Source of the DNA: the human T2T-CHM13v2.0 reference genome, Homo sapiens
DNA: 64,000 bases
Reading direction: 5' to 3' (one strand)
Assembly (NCBI RefSeq): GCF_009914755.1
Contig: NC_060932.1
The position numbers and the translations under genes are program-made. The stretch's first letter is position 1, and each line of letters begins with the position of its first letter. The notes under the pieces are model-generated. The model made no database searches. It was not told the origin of the DNA and saw nothing but the letters and a program-made list of their open reading frames with translations. Shown here piece after piece: positions 13,590-26,600 of this stretch.

Positions 13590-14970
13590 ATATAATTTGC
13601 CACCCTGTTTGCTGTAATGTTTATACTATTTTATGTTCCTGCAAGCAATGTATGAGGGCTCTACTTTCTACACAACTTCTGTAATATTTGATTTTTGTCA
13701 TTAGTTTTAATAACCATTGTAGTAAGTGTGTAGATGTGTCTAATTACATGTGTGTGTGTTTTTGTATATGTATGTTTGCATGTACCTTAATTACCAATGA
13801 TGGTGAGCATCTTTTAATGGGTTTATGTCACATTTATTTCTAGTCTGTTCCCTTGCTTTATGTGTCTATCCTAATGCCAGTATCACAGCATCTTGATTAT
13901 TTAGCTTTACTGGAATTTTTGAAACCTGAAAGTGTAAGTTCTTGTTTTTCAATAATTTTTCTTTTCAGGTTGGTCTAAATCATTTGCATTTTTATGTATA
14001 GTTTTTAATCAGTTTGCCAATTTCCATAAAAAGTGCTATTGGGATTTTTATAGGAATTTCATGAAATCTCTATGTCCATTTAGGGAGAACTGCCATCTTA
14101 AAATTATTAAGACTTCCAACCCATGAACATGTAGTTTTCTCCATGTATTTGCCTCTTATTTAATATATCTAGGCAATGTGTTGTAATTTGCAATGCTGCA
14201 GGTCCCCATTTAAAAAAAACTGTGTAAAAATGTTTTATAATGATTGATGTTTTAAATTGAATTAGTTTATTAAGTTATGGGTTGTTTATTCTGAGGACAT
14301 AGAAATTCAATTGATTATGCACATTAGTAGTGTATTCTGTAGCTCTACGAACCTTGTGTTATGAGAAAAACTTGGGACTGTAACATCCACTATCACAAAC
14401 TGGAAGGCTGCCAGGCAACCAAAAGATGACTCAGACAAGTCCAGTTTGGTAAGTTGATTAACACTTACATATGGGAGACTTCTGAGCAGCAGCCAGGCAG
14501 CTTTAAAGAGTCCTGCCGCTTTTCATCTTTAAGCTGCTTTCAAGCTAATTTTCTGGCTTTTTGCCTACTGTGCGTGTGTGAGATGGGACTGTTTTCCTTG
14601 GTAGGCTCTCAGCTACTCGCTGGGATGTTTTGGTTCTCAGGGACACCTGCTTCTCGCCTGGCATCCCTAAGAATCCAATGGCTGGTGTCCCTGAGAGCCC
14701 ATGGCCTTGACTCACTGACTAGCCTTTAAGGTTCAAGCAGCAGGCCTACATCCTTAAGTAATCTAGTGGGGGACCTGTCACACTAGACCTTACTTATGAG
14801 CTCTAGGCTTTCGTTCTGCTGTGTTTTGGGAAGAAAGAGATTTGGTATATTTCTAAAGATTTCATATAACATAAGCATGTCATCTTAAATGAAATCTATT
14901 TTACTTTTTGATTTTTTCATCTTTATACATTTAGTTTAGTTTTCTTGTCTCATTTACTGGCTAAAATCTG
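13590..14970 (-). mobile_element. Old L1M ORF2 fragment, split by LTR47
   Basis: 'gcaatgtatgagggctc', 'ccagtatcacagcatcttgattatt' and 'tagggagaactgccatctta'; resumes after 14790. Confidence 0.75.
14357..14787 (-). mobile_element. Solo LTR47-like (ERVL) LTR
   Basis: Starts 'tgttatgagaaaaacttgggactgtaac' and ends 'gggggacctgtcacactaga'. 5-bp TSD ccttg (14352-14356) / cctta (14788-14792). Confidence 0.82.
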
Positions 14971-14994
14971 TTTGTTTGTTTTTTATTCTTGTAA

Positions 14995-15180
14995 TGAGAC
15001 TATTGCAGTAATTTCACTGAGAATTAATGGTGGCCTAGGTCAAGGTAAACAACGGATGTGTTGAAAAGATATGAGATAATGTTTAACATATTTTGAATGA
15101 AGTTCCAACAAGATGTGTTAATATATTGGATATGGTGAATAGAGAAGAATGAGAAGGGTCAAAGATCAGTCTGAGCTTTA
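14995..15180 (-). mobile_element. L2 fragment
   Basis: 'gagactattgcagtaatt...atggtggcctagg...gggtcaaagat' is typical L2 text. Confidence 0.6.
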
Positions 15181-17329
15181 ATATATAAATTAAAGCCATA
15201 TAAATTTAGCCATATTAACATAATTATACTTAATATATATATTTTGTTAGTAATGCAGTAAAAATGTATTTGGATGTTATGCAAAACATAAAAATTACAT
15301 GTAATATGCATTTGTACAATTAATTGTACAAAAATAGTGTACTTTAATGACAAAATTTCTAAGAACCCTAACATTTGAACAAAAGAATGGTATCATAAAC
15401 AAAAAAATGGCATTTGAATTTTTCCCTCTTAACTTATTATCAAGATTAATGGAGCATTGATTGTGTGCATACACTTATAAAAGTGCTAAATGTAGAAGAT
15501 GATAGAAGATGATATTAGAAACGCTTCACCTAGAAACTTCTCAAGAGAATTTGGGTAAGGAGAGTTAATTAAATGTTTCTGTGAAGTGGAGGGGAAGAAA
15601 TTAATCATCTTATTAATTTAAAATACAGTGATATATAAGTTACAGTAAAACAGGGCAAGTTTGTGACTCTTGGAGAAATGGATACAAATGATTTTCTTAG
15701 ACAATTGACATTGATTTGCATATGATAAAGAGATAATCCATTGGAAATGGAAATTGGCTTTGAAATATTACAAATACATTTTTTGAGACTTTCTATTTTG
15801 GGTTTCCTTAAAAGAGAACAAAATAAAATATTTAACTCTGGGCACTTTATTGTGATAGTGTCTAGTTGTGCACAGACATGGTTAACATAACCTTCCAGAC
15901 ATAAGTATTTAAAATGATTTTGTCATTATGCAAGCAGAGATAATTCATGCTGATATGTTTTCAAAGTACAAAATGTAACATTACCACTAACACCAGAATC
16001 TAAATGGAATGCTGTTTCTAGCCACTGAATTATTAGAAGTTTAAGAATACAAATTTGAAATAATTGTGCATAAGGCACTTTAGGCCAGTTCTTAAGACTC
16101 AAAAAGACAGGACCAATTTGTAACATAAACCTTTCTTTTTCTTTTATGGTTCTACAAATATTATAATTGTGCAGTTTTATAATGTAATTTTTAATGCTTT
16201 CCCTTGATGTGCCTACATAAGAAAATGTTAGGATAACATTTAATAGATTCAGTAATTCCAGCAACATCATTGTTTCTAGTGGAAGACACCCTTATAAATA
16301 TCATAAAAGCTCCAGGCTTCAATTTGACAGGGATGTAAGGGAGGTTAGGACTCACTTGTTTCTCAGAGGACAGCTGAGTTAAAAAATCTTTTAAAATTCA
16401 ACCGTGGCAAATATGTAGTCTTTTTCATATTGCCAGCATTGCACTGAATATAAAGTTTTCTCTCCCCAGGTCAATAGTGTTTATGTAAATAAAGTCAAGA
16501 TACTTAAGGATGAGTTACGTAACAACAATCTCACACTTTAGTTATAAATTAAATGGGCTGAAGTTGCTCTAATCTATGCCTCCTTTCTGCTACTGAATTT
16601 TAACAATATTTTCATACTGTGGATCCTCAAAATAATGGCTTACATTATTCCCACTTTTTCAGAGCCTGCTACCTCATTGTTTCCTTACCTTAGCCCAAAT
16701 GAGCATGACAAAAGCCAACTATAGCAGTAATTTTCTTTTCTTATCATCTCCGAAGTATTAGAAATAGGGACACTTTTATTCCACCCTGAAAGTCAGTTTC
16801 TCCATTTCTTCTTATTCTAAACTTTTCAGCCATCACCCACTTTTTTGCCATAGTATTCATATATGCCTTCCTTCCACTCTCAGTGTTGTTCTCAACTAAG
16901 ATGCTGAGAGTGGTTCTCTACTTTTTTTTTTATTTTATTTTCCTTTTCTGGAAAAGCTATTTTACTTCCATGTGTTCAGTTACAGGTAAAAAATTTCAAA
17001 ACACTTTTTCCATCCTGACCACACACCTAAACTCTGTATGTCCATTACCTAATCAATATTTCTGATTTTTATCATAGTCTTTAATAGTCATCCTGCCATG
17101 ACTGAACAAACCCTCACATGCACACATACTCAAATGAACACTTTTTCATGAATTCTATAGTAGACTTGAAGTCATGTTTCAAAAAGTATACATGCCTGAA
17201 ACCTAAGCCACTCCTCAAGTTACTGAAAAAGTTCTTTCTATAAACAGAGAGCCACTGATTCAGGCCAGGCAGTCTTTTAGTTGTAATATTTTTATCAAAG
17301 GAGTTTTCTAAAGAAATTTTTCATAGTAG

Positions 17330-19040
17330 TCTGATGCTAACACATCTTGCATGACTTGCTACTTGATAGGTACATAATGTTTAAGTTCCCAGGGGCTCCC
17401 TTTGATTTTCTGTAAAATGAGGGTATCATTCGCCTATTTTGTATTTGTTGCCTATGCTTTTGAAGTCCTAGCCATAAAATCTTTGCATAGACCAATATCC
17501 TGCAGTATGTCCTCTCTGTTTTCTTCTAGTAGTTTTATAGTTTTGTATATTATATTTAGGTCTTTAATTCACTTTGAGTTGATTTTTGTATTATATATAA
17601 TGCAAGATATACATCTGCATATGGATATCCAGTTTTCCCAGTAACATTTATTAAAAAGGGTGTCTGTTTGCCAGTGGTTGTTCTCAGCATCTTTTAAAAA
17701 AATCAAGTAGATATAAAAAAGTGGATTTACTTTTGGGTTCTTTATTCTGTTCTATTGGTCTATATTGAAGTAAAGAGCTTCTGCACAGCAAAGGAAACAA
17801 CAGAGTGAAGTGATAATCTGTTGAATGGAAAAAAATTGCAAACTATTCTTCTGACAAGGGACTAATATTCAAAATATATACGGAACTCAATAGCAAATAA
17901 CTAACAATGTCATTAAAAAGTAGGCAAAGGACATGAATAGATATTTCTCAAAAGAAGAAATATAAATGGCCAACAAGTATATTTGAAAATTCTCAACATC
18001 ACTGATCATCAGATAAATGCCTATCCAAACCAAAATGAGATGTAATCTTACCCCAGTTAAAATGATTATTATTAAAAAGACATTTAAAAAAACATGCTAG
18101 TGAGGAAGCAGAGGAAAGGAAACTCTCATACACTGGTGTTGGGAATGTAAATTAGTATAACCATTATGAAAAACAGTATGGAGATATCTTAAGAAAACTA
18201 AAAATAGAACTACCCTATGATTCAGCAATCCCACTACTGGGTATTTATTAAAAGGAAAGAAAAACGGTGTATTAAAGGTATTCCTGCACCCCTCTGTTGC
18301 AGCACTATTCACAACAGCAAAGCTATGGAATTATCTTAAGTGTCCTTGAATAGATGAATGGATAAATAAAATATGGTATACATACACAATTAAATACTTG
18401 TTGGCCATAATAATGAATCAAATCCTGTCAATTGCGGCAACATGGTTGAAACTGAAGTTTATTATGTTAGGTGAAATAAGCCAGGCACAAAAAGACAAAT
18501 ATTGCACATTCTCACTCATATGTGGGAGCTAAAAAAGTTGATCTCATCAAGGTAGAAAGTAGAATAATAGTTTTCAGAAACTGAGAAGGGTGTGTGTGTG
18601 TGTGTGCGTGCGCACTGGGGGAAGTGTGATGAAGAGAGCTTGGTTAATGGGTACAAATATAGTTAATAGGAGAAATAAGTTCCAATATTCAATAGCAGAG
18701 TAGACTGACTATAATAACAACTTAATATATATTTCAAAGTAGCTAGAAGAGAGGACTTGAAACATTCCCAACACATAGAAATGATAAATATTCTGGGTGA
18801 GGAATACCCTAAGTACCCTGACTTGATCATTACATATTCTATGCATGCGCCAGAATAACACATGTACCCTGTAAAAATGCACAAATTTTATATATTTAAA
18901 AAATTGTTTAATGAAGGTATCAATACTGTAAATCATACAGCTGTTCTAGTGAATCAGTGATAATATTATAGTATAAATTATTTAGAATGATAAAGCATAC
19001 AGTAAACTCAAAATAGTTGCCATAATAATACTTACTATTA
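17330..19040 (+). mobile_element. MIR split by an L1MA insertion (halves ~17330-17428 and 18910-19040)
   Basis: Removing the L1 and one TSD copy rejoins 'tctgtaaaatgagggtatcaatactgtaaatcatacagctgttctagtgaat...gcatacagtaaactcaa', which is MIR core to 3' end. Confidence 0.65.
17429..18909 (+). mobile_element. L1MA (L1MA5-7-like), 5'-truncated with inverted 5' segment (17429-17762 on minus)
   Basis: Plus-strand ORF2 end and L1MA 3'UTR at 17760-18905. TSD aatgagggtatca (17416-17428) / aatgaaggtatca (18910-18922). Confidence 0.9.
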
Positions 19041-19254
19041 TGATAACACGTTAAGATGGAAATTTTATCATTTTAGTAATTTAGTTACTATTCACTGACA
19101 TTTGCGTCTCACTGCAGAGAGCTTGGAGAATCCTAGGTGTTTGTATGAATATTAAGTACACTGATGGGAAATCAATGGGGAAAAGAATCCTTTACAGCAG
19201 CTTAAGGCATAATAATTTAATTCATATTTATTTGTAATATGTGGGTTATTTAAA

Positions 19255-22200
19255 TAACCTTTTATATTTTATATTTAAAGAAAATTTGCAAAGATAGGAA
19301 AGAACATTCTCATATGCCACATACCTAGTTTCCCCTATTAACCTCTTCAGCCGATATAGTACATTTATCACAACTAATCAACAAATACTGATACATAATT
19401 ATTTACTAAGATCCACATCTTATTAAGATTTTCCTAGTTTTTGCTTATGTTCTTTGTGTGTTCCAGGATTCCATCCAGGATACAGCATTAAATATAATCA
19501 TTATGTCACCTTTTCTAGAATGTCTCATAATTTGTTGGATGCATATAGCGGTCTTTCAGACTTGCTTCTTTCACCTTACCAATATATATTTAATGTCTAT
19601 CCATGTCTTTGAATGATTTGATAGCTTATTATTTTAATTAGTGGATAACTTTCTATTGTATGAATTCACCATACTTGTGTATCCACTAACCTATTAAAGA
19701 ACATATTTGATCCTTCTAGTTTTGACAATTTTGAATAAAGATTCTACAAACATTCACATGCAGGTTTTTGTGTGAATATATGTTTTAAAATTAGTTACAT
19801 AAATATCTAGGAGTTCAGTTGTCTGATCATATGGTAAGATTGTGTAGTTTCATAAGAAACTCTCAATCTCTTCTTCAAAGGAGCTGTACAATATTGTATT
19901 CCTAGCAAGAGTGAATGGGAATTCCTATTGTTCAGCATCCTTGTCAACATTCGGTGTTGTCAGTTTTTCAAATTTTAGCCATCCTAATAGGTATGTATAC
20001 TGGTATTAAATTGTTGTTTTAATTTGCAATTCTAAGATGGCAAATGATATTGTAATCTATTTACATGTCTAGATATCATCTGTGTATCTTTTTTGTGGTT
20101 GTGCTTATTCAGATCCTTTGCCCATTTTTAAATTGTTTCGTTTGTTTTCTTATTTTTCAATGTAAAAGTTCTTTGTGTATTTCAGATGCAAATTCTTTAT
20201 CAAATATGTATCTTGCAAATATTTTCCACTATTTCATGGTGTTTCACTTTTTTAACATTGTCCTTTGTAAAGCAAAACTTTTTAAATTGAATGAAGTCCA
20301 ATTTAATTTTTTCCCTCATTGATAGTGCTTTTAGTGTCATATCTAAAAACTTATCAAAAAACTGAAATACAGATCTTCTACAATATTTTCTCCCAGAAGT
20401 GGTTTATATTTTTTATTTCTATATTTAGGTCTTTAAATCATTTTTAGTTAATATTTGTAAAATGTGTAAATTCTGTGTCTGTGTGTGAGACAGATTTTAC
20501 GTATTTGTCAACAACTTTTCCAGCACAATTTGTTGAAAAGACTATTCTTTCACCACCGACCATCGTATTGCCTTTGAACTTTTGTTAACAATCAATTGAT
20601 TACACATTTTGGAGATTCTCCCTTGTTGCTCTTTATCCTGTTCAATTAATTTATATGATTACTGTAGCTTTACAGTAAGTCTTCGACTGGAGTATAGCGA
20701 GTCCTCCAACTTTTTTCTTTAGTATTGTTTTGATTATTCTAGGAGTTTTGCTTTTCCACATAATCTTTAAAATAAGTTTGTCAATGTTAACACATTAGCT
20801 TGCTGGGATTTTGTTTGGGATTGCATTGAATCTATAGATTAAGATAATAAAAATCAATATCTTAAATATATGGAGTCTTTTAGTTCTTGAATACCGTATT
20901 GGAAATCCTACATAAAATGATAAGGAAAAAAACAAATGAAATAAAAAGCATTCTGATTGGAAAAGAAAAAAAAAACTAAAGCTGCCTGTACTTGCAGATG
21001 ATATGATTTTCTATGTAGAAAATTCCAAAGAATTAACAAAAATATGAAAATTTAATTTTTAAAAAAAACTTGGAAATAAAACAGGAGTACTGTACATTGT
21101 TGAATGAGAGTGCTGTGAGAGGACATTCTTGCTTTGTTCTCAATTTTAGAGAAAACATATCAGGTTCTCACTATAATGTATAACATTAGTTCCAGAATTT
21201 TTATAGATATTCTTTATCAAGTTGAGAAAGTCCTCTTTATTCTTAGTTTGCTATGGCTTTTATCATAAATGGGTGTTGGATTTTATCAAATGCTTTTCTG
21301 CTTCTATTCGTAGGATTATATGATTTATCTTCTTTAGCTTAATGATGAAGTAGATATTACATTCATTCATTTGTGATTGTTGAGCTACCAGCTTTGTATG
21401 TCTGAAAAAATCCCAATTGATCAAGGCAGATAAATTATATTATAAATTTGGTATTCAATTTGATAGTATTTTGTTAAAGACTTTTGTGCCTATGTGCATA
21501 AGACATGGGTCTATGTGTTTCATTCTTGTAATGTCTTTATCTGATTTACATATTAGGGTACTGCTGACCTAATTAAGTGAATTAGAAAATGTTCCCTCTG
21601 CTTCCGTTTTCTAGAAGAGATTGTAAAAAAAAATAGGTATAATTTATCCCTTAAATGTTTGGTATACTTCAGCAATAAATCCTCCTAGAATTTTTTGATT
21701 TCTTTTTTGTTAGGTTATAAATTATTTATTCAATTAAAAAATAGATCTAGGGCTATTCTTACTTCTTTCGTGATTTTGTTAGTTTGTGAATTTCAAGGAA
21801 TTGATCTATTTAAATTATAAAATTTGCAGTAGTAAAGTTGTTTATAATATTGCATTATTTTCCTTTCAATGTCTGTAGATGTCTGTAGAATAAGAAATTT
21901 GTTTTCCTGCTGTTAATGTATTGATTTCTGCTCTAAATTTTACTATTTTCTGTTTCTTAAATTGCTTTAATTTATCTAGTTCCCTAAGGTGAAATCTTAG
22001 AGTATTGGTCTTACTTGTCTTCAAATATACCCATTCAATTTACACATTTTCATCTAAGCATGTCTTATGCTACATTCAACACATTTTGATAATTTTTAAT
22101 TTTATTCAAAATATTTTGGAATTATCTGGAAATTTTTTTTTTTTTTGATAAGTGTGTTACTTAGAAATATGTTGTTTACAGCTACTTGGGAGGCTGAGGC

Positions 22201-22900
22201 AGGAGAATGGCGTGAATCCGGGGGGCAGAGCTTGCAGTGAGCCAAGGTCGTGCCACTGCACTCCAGCCTGGGTGACAGAACGAGACTCCATCTCAAAAAA
22301 AAAAAGAAAAAAGAGAGAAAGAAATATGTTGTTTAATCTCCCAATATTTTTGTAATTTTCTAGCTATCTAGCTGCTAATAATTTCTACCTTATTTCCTTT
22401 GAGGTCTGAAAACATAGGCTGAATTATTTATATTATTTTAATGTATTACAATGCATTTGATGGCCTGAGTGTAGTCTATCTGGTGAATGTTCCATACGAA
22501 CTTGTAAGAAAGACATTATTCTGCTGATATTGAATAAAGTAACCTACAAATATCAATAAGATCAAGTTGATTAATGATGCTGCTTAGATTATTAATATCC
22601 TTACTAATCTATCAATTATTGAGAGAGATGTCAAAATCTTCAGTTATCATATTGGACTTGACTATTTTGTTCCACTGTTCTAGCAGGTTCTGTGTCATGT
22701 ATATTAATATTCTCTTGGAGATGCATAAACATTTACGGACATTATGCCTACTTGGAGAATTGACACCTTTATCCCCTTTTATCCTTGGTAATCTTCCTAA
22801 TCCTAAAATCTGCTTTTCTATAATCAGTACAGTTACTCCAGCATTCTTTTGAGTAGAATTAGTATGGTAATTCTACTCAATTACCATATGGTAATACATT
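19255..22900 (-). mobile_element. Old L1 (L1MD/L1MC-like), 3'UTR through ORF2 endonuclease region, with an internal inversion at 20896-21090
   Basis: 3' end 'ttccaggattccatccaggatacagcatt'; continuous antisense ORF2 text to ~22870; plus-strand RT motif VLADDMIFYVENSKE at ~20988-21032. Confidence 0.85.
22179..22319 (+). mobile_element. 5'-truncated AluY (partial right arm)
   Basis: AluY diagnostic 'gagaatggcgtgaa'; A-rich tail; perfect 16-bp TSD agaaatatgttgttta at 22163-22178 and 22320-22335. Confidence 0.95.
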
Positions 22901-23284
22901 CACTTATTTCTTCTTTTTAAAATTGAGGTAAAATTCACATTAACATAAAATTTACCATATTAAAGCATTCAATTTAGTATTTTCACAATGTTGTGCAACT
23001 ACGACAACCATAACAAGTTCCAAAATGTTTTTATGATGCCAGAAAAAAACTCTGTACCCATTAAACAGTCACACTCCATTTCTCTTGCCCTACAGACTCT
23101 GGCAACCACCATCATGATTTTTGTCTCTATAGGTTTACCCATTTTGAATGATTTTTTAAGGGCAATTTTATAATACATAAGCTTTGGAATCCAGCTTTTT
23201 TCACTTAGCGTACTATATTTAAGGCTCATCCATGTTTCAGTATGTGTCAGTACTTTGTTCCTTCTTACAGGTGAATAATATTCG

Positions 23285-23288
<4 letters not shown>

Positions 23289-23342
<54 letters not shown>

Positions 23343-23358
23343 TACACACATACATATT
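23289..23358. repeat. (TA)n(CA)n microsatellite
   Basis: About 19 TA units followed by CA units. Confidence 0.95.
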
Positions 23359-23366
23359 TACAACAA

Positions 23367-23660
23367 TTTTTTTTTTTTTGAGACTGGGTCTCACACTGTC
23401 GCCCGGGCTGAGGTGCAGTGGCACGATCTTGGCTCACTGCAACCTCTGCCTTCCCAGGTTCAAGCGATTCCCCTGCCTCAGCCTCCAGAGTAGCTGGGAT
23501 TACAGCCTCCTGCTACCATGCCGGCTAATTTTTTGTATTTTTAGCAGACACAGGGTTTTAGTATGTTGGCCAGGCTGGTCTCGAATGCCTGCCCTAGTGA
23601 TTCACCTGCCTTGGCCTCCCAAAGTGCTGGGATTACAGATGTGAGCCACAGCGTCCAGCC
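23367..23660 (-). mobile_element. AluS
   Basis: Full-length antisense Alu with poly(T) at 23367-23379; TSD-like tacaacaatttt / tataacaaatttt. Confidence 0.92.
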
Positions 23661-26600
23661 TATAACAAATTTTTAATCAGTTCTTCCATTGATGAACATG
23701 GATTGTTTCTGGTTGTTGGCTATTGTGAATGCAGCTACTAGAAACATCAGTGTTCAAGTGTTTGTCTGAGTACCTATTTTTAATTATTTTGGGTATAAAA
23801 CTAAAAACAAAATTGTTGTATTATATGGTAAATCTAGGTTTAACTTTTTGAGGAATTGCCAAATGTTTTTCACAGTGGCTGTACCATTTTACATTTCCAC
23901 CCAAAAAGTACAAGTGTTCCATTTCAACACTTATATTCCATTTTATTCTATTTAAAATGTTCCTAGTGGGTTTGAAGTGGTATCTCATTGTGTGATTGCT
24001 TTGCATTTTCTTGTAACTAATAATGTTGAGCATTTTAATGCATTTTTCTGATCACTTGAAATCTTTGAATAAATGTCTACTAAGTTGCATTGTCAAATTT
24101 TAATTTAGTTTTTATATCTGCTGTCGAAATGCATAAATTATTCATATACTCTGGATTCTAGACCTTTATGAAATATATGCATATCATTTTTTCCATTTCA
24201 GAAATTGCCCTTTCACTTTTTAGATAATGCCTTCTGATACACAAAAGTTTTTAATGTTAATGAAACCAAATTTATATATTGTTGTTGTTTCTTGTGCTTT
24301 TATTTTACACTATCTGTGAATGTATTATTGAATTCAAGGTCATAAATATTCACCCATATGTTTTCTTCTAAAAGTTTAATAGTTTTAGCTCTTAAAATTT
24401 ATTTTTATAAATTCATTTTAAGTTAATGTTTATATATGGTTTCAGGTAAGGACACGACTTCTGTCTTTTGTATATGGATATCCAATTGTTCTAACAACAT
24501 TTGTTGAAGAGACTTATTATTTTCTCTTCAAAAGGTAGTGCCACCCTTGTGAAAAATCAATTGTCATAAAGGAATGGGATTCATACAGGAATTTCAATTC
24601 TATTGCACTATTTTAAAAGTCTATTTTTATGCCAATACCACACCATTTTAATAACTATAGCTTTGTTGTGAGATTGAAAATTAAGAAGTGTGACCCTACC
24701 AACTTTGTCTTTTTCAATATGTCTTTAGTTTTCTAGGCTCTCTTTTCTTATGAATTTTAGGATTCATTTTCCATTTATGCAAAAAAAAGATAATTTGGAT
24801 TTGGGTAGGATTATATTGAATCTGTAAGTCATTTTTGGTAGTGTTTCCCTTTTAATAATGTTAATCTTCCAATGCATGTACATGGGATATTTTTCTATTT
24901 ATTCAAATTTTTAACATTGTTTTCAGTAATGTAATGTAGTTTATGCTGTGTAAGTCTTACCTTCTTGGTTAAATTGATTCTGAGGTATTTTATTTCTTTG
25001 GATGCTATTGTAAATGAACTTAACTTTTTTGGATTATTTATGCTAGTTTATAAAAACACAACTTATCTGTATGAGTTGATTTTGTATCACGTAACTGATG
25101 AATTTGTTTTTTAGCTCCAATTTTTGTGAATTCTTTGGAATGTTTGGAATTTTTTGAATAGATATATTCATGTCATCTGTGAATAAGTTAGCTATATGTC
25201 TTTTCTTCTATTTCCCAAAATGTATTTTTACTTTTTTTCTTGTCTAATTTCTCTAGTTATAACTACCAACACAATGTTGAATAAAAGTAGTAAAATCAGG
25301 CATCATTGTGTTGTTCCTGATTTAAAAGAAAGACTTTTAGTTTTTAGACCATTGAGTATAATGTTAGCCATGGATTTTTCCTAAATCCCTTTATTAGGTT
25401 TAGAAAGTTAACTCCTATTCTTAGTTTGTCAACTGTTTTGTTGTTGTTGTTATTGTTTTCTAATAATGATAGAATGCTGGTTTTCTCAAATGACTTTTCT
25501 GCATCAACTGAAATGATCATGTGGTTTATATTATTCCATTAATGTGGTATGTTACATTGATTAATTTTGTATGTTGAGCCCTCCAACTTTATTGCTTGTG
25601 CTTTTGTGATTTTGCAATGAATTCTTAGATATAACATCAAAAGAACAAGCACCAAAGTTGGAGGCCTCAACATTTTAAAAAAAAAGTCTTGCATATTTGG
25701 AATAAATCCCACTTGGTCATGGTGTTTAATGATTTGAATATGTTACTGCATTTGGTTTGCTAATATTTTGTTGAGAATTTATGTGTCTGTACTCATAAGC
25801 AATATTGTTCTGCAGTTTTCTTTTTGAAATGCCTTTACCTTTTGTATCAAAGTAATGCTAGCCTTATAGAATTAGATAGTAATAGTCCCTTATCTTCTAC
25901 TTTTTGGAAAGCTGGAGAAGAATTTGTATTAATTATCCATTAAATCATTGGTAAAATTTATGAGTAAAATTTCTGTTCCTTGGCTTTTATCTGTTGAAAG
26001 GGTTTTGATGATTAGTTCAATCTGTTTGCTTGTTACAGGTATGTTCAGGTTTTTAATTTTCTCGAGTTCATTTAGAACTTTTGTATATTTTAAATATTAA
26101 TCCATTTTGTGTTATCTTATTGCTGTAGAATTGTTTGTAGCATTATCTTTCTGTCATTTTTTTATTTTTAAAAAGTCAGTTATCTCATTTTCATACATAA
26201 TTTTAATAATTTTCTTCTCTCCTTCATTAGTCAGCCTACCTCGTTTTGTCATTTTAATGATCTTTTCAAATAATTAATTTTAGATTTTGTTGATTCTATT
26301 GTTTTTCTTTTCTTTATCTCATTTAATTCTGAACTAATCTTTATTACTTCTTCAAATGATTTTATAGTTTGTTCTTTTTCTAATTATTTAAATTGTAAAG
26401 GTAAGTATTGATTTAAAATTCTTTTTTATTTTTTAATATAAGCCTTCATAGCTATGCATGTCCTTCTTATCACTGCTTTAACTGCAGTTAAATATAAATT
26501 TTGGTAGGTTGTATTCTCATTTTTGTTCATCTCAAAGTATTTTTTCATTTCCCAGTGATTTATTTTTTGAATTATTGGTTGTTCAAAAGTGTGTGGTTTA

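Noticed and set aside
15926-16270. 114-aa minus-strand ORF in apparently unique DNA
   Set aside because: Composition typical of random AT-rich ORFs; no domain or splice context.
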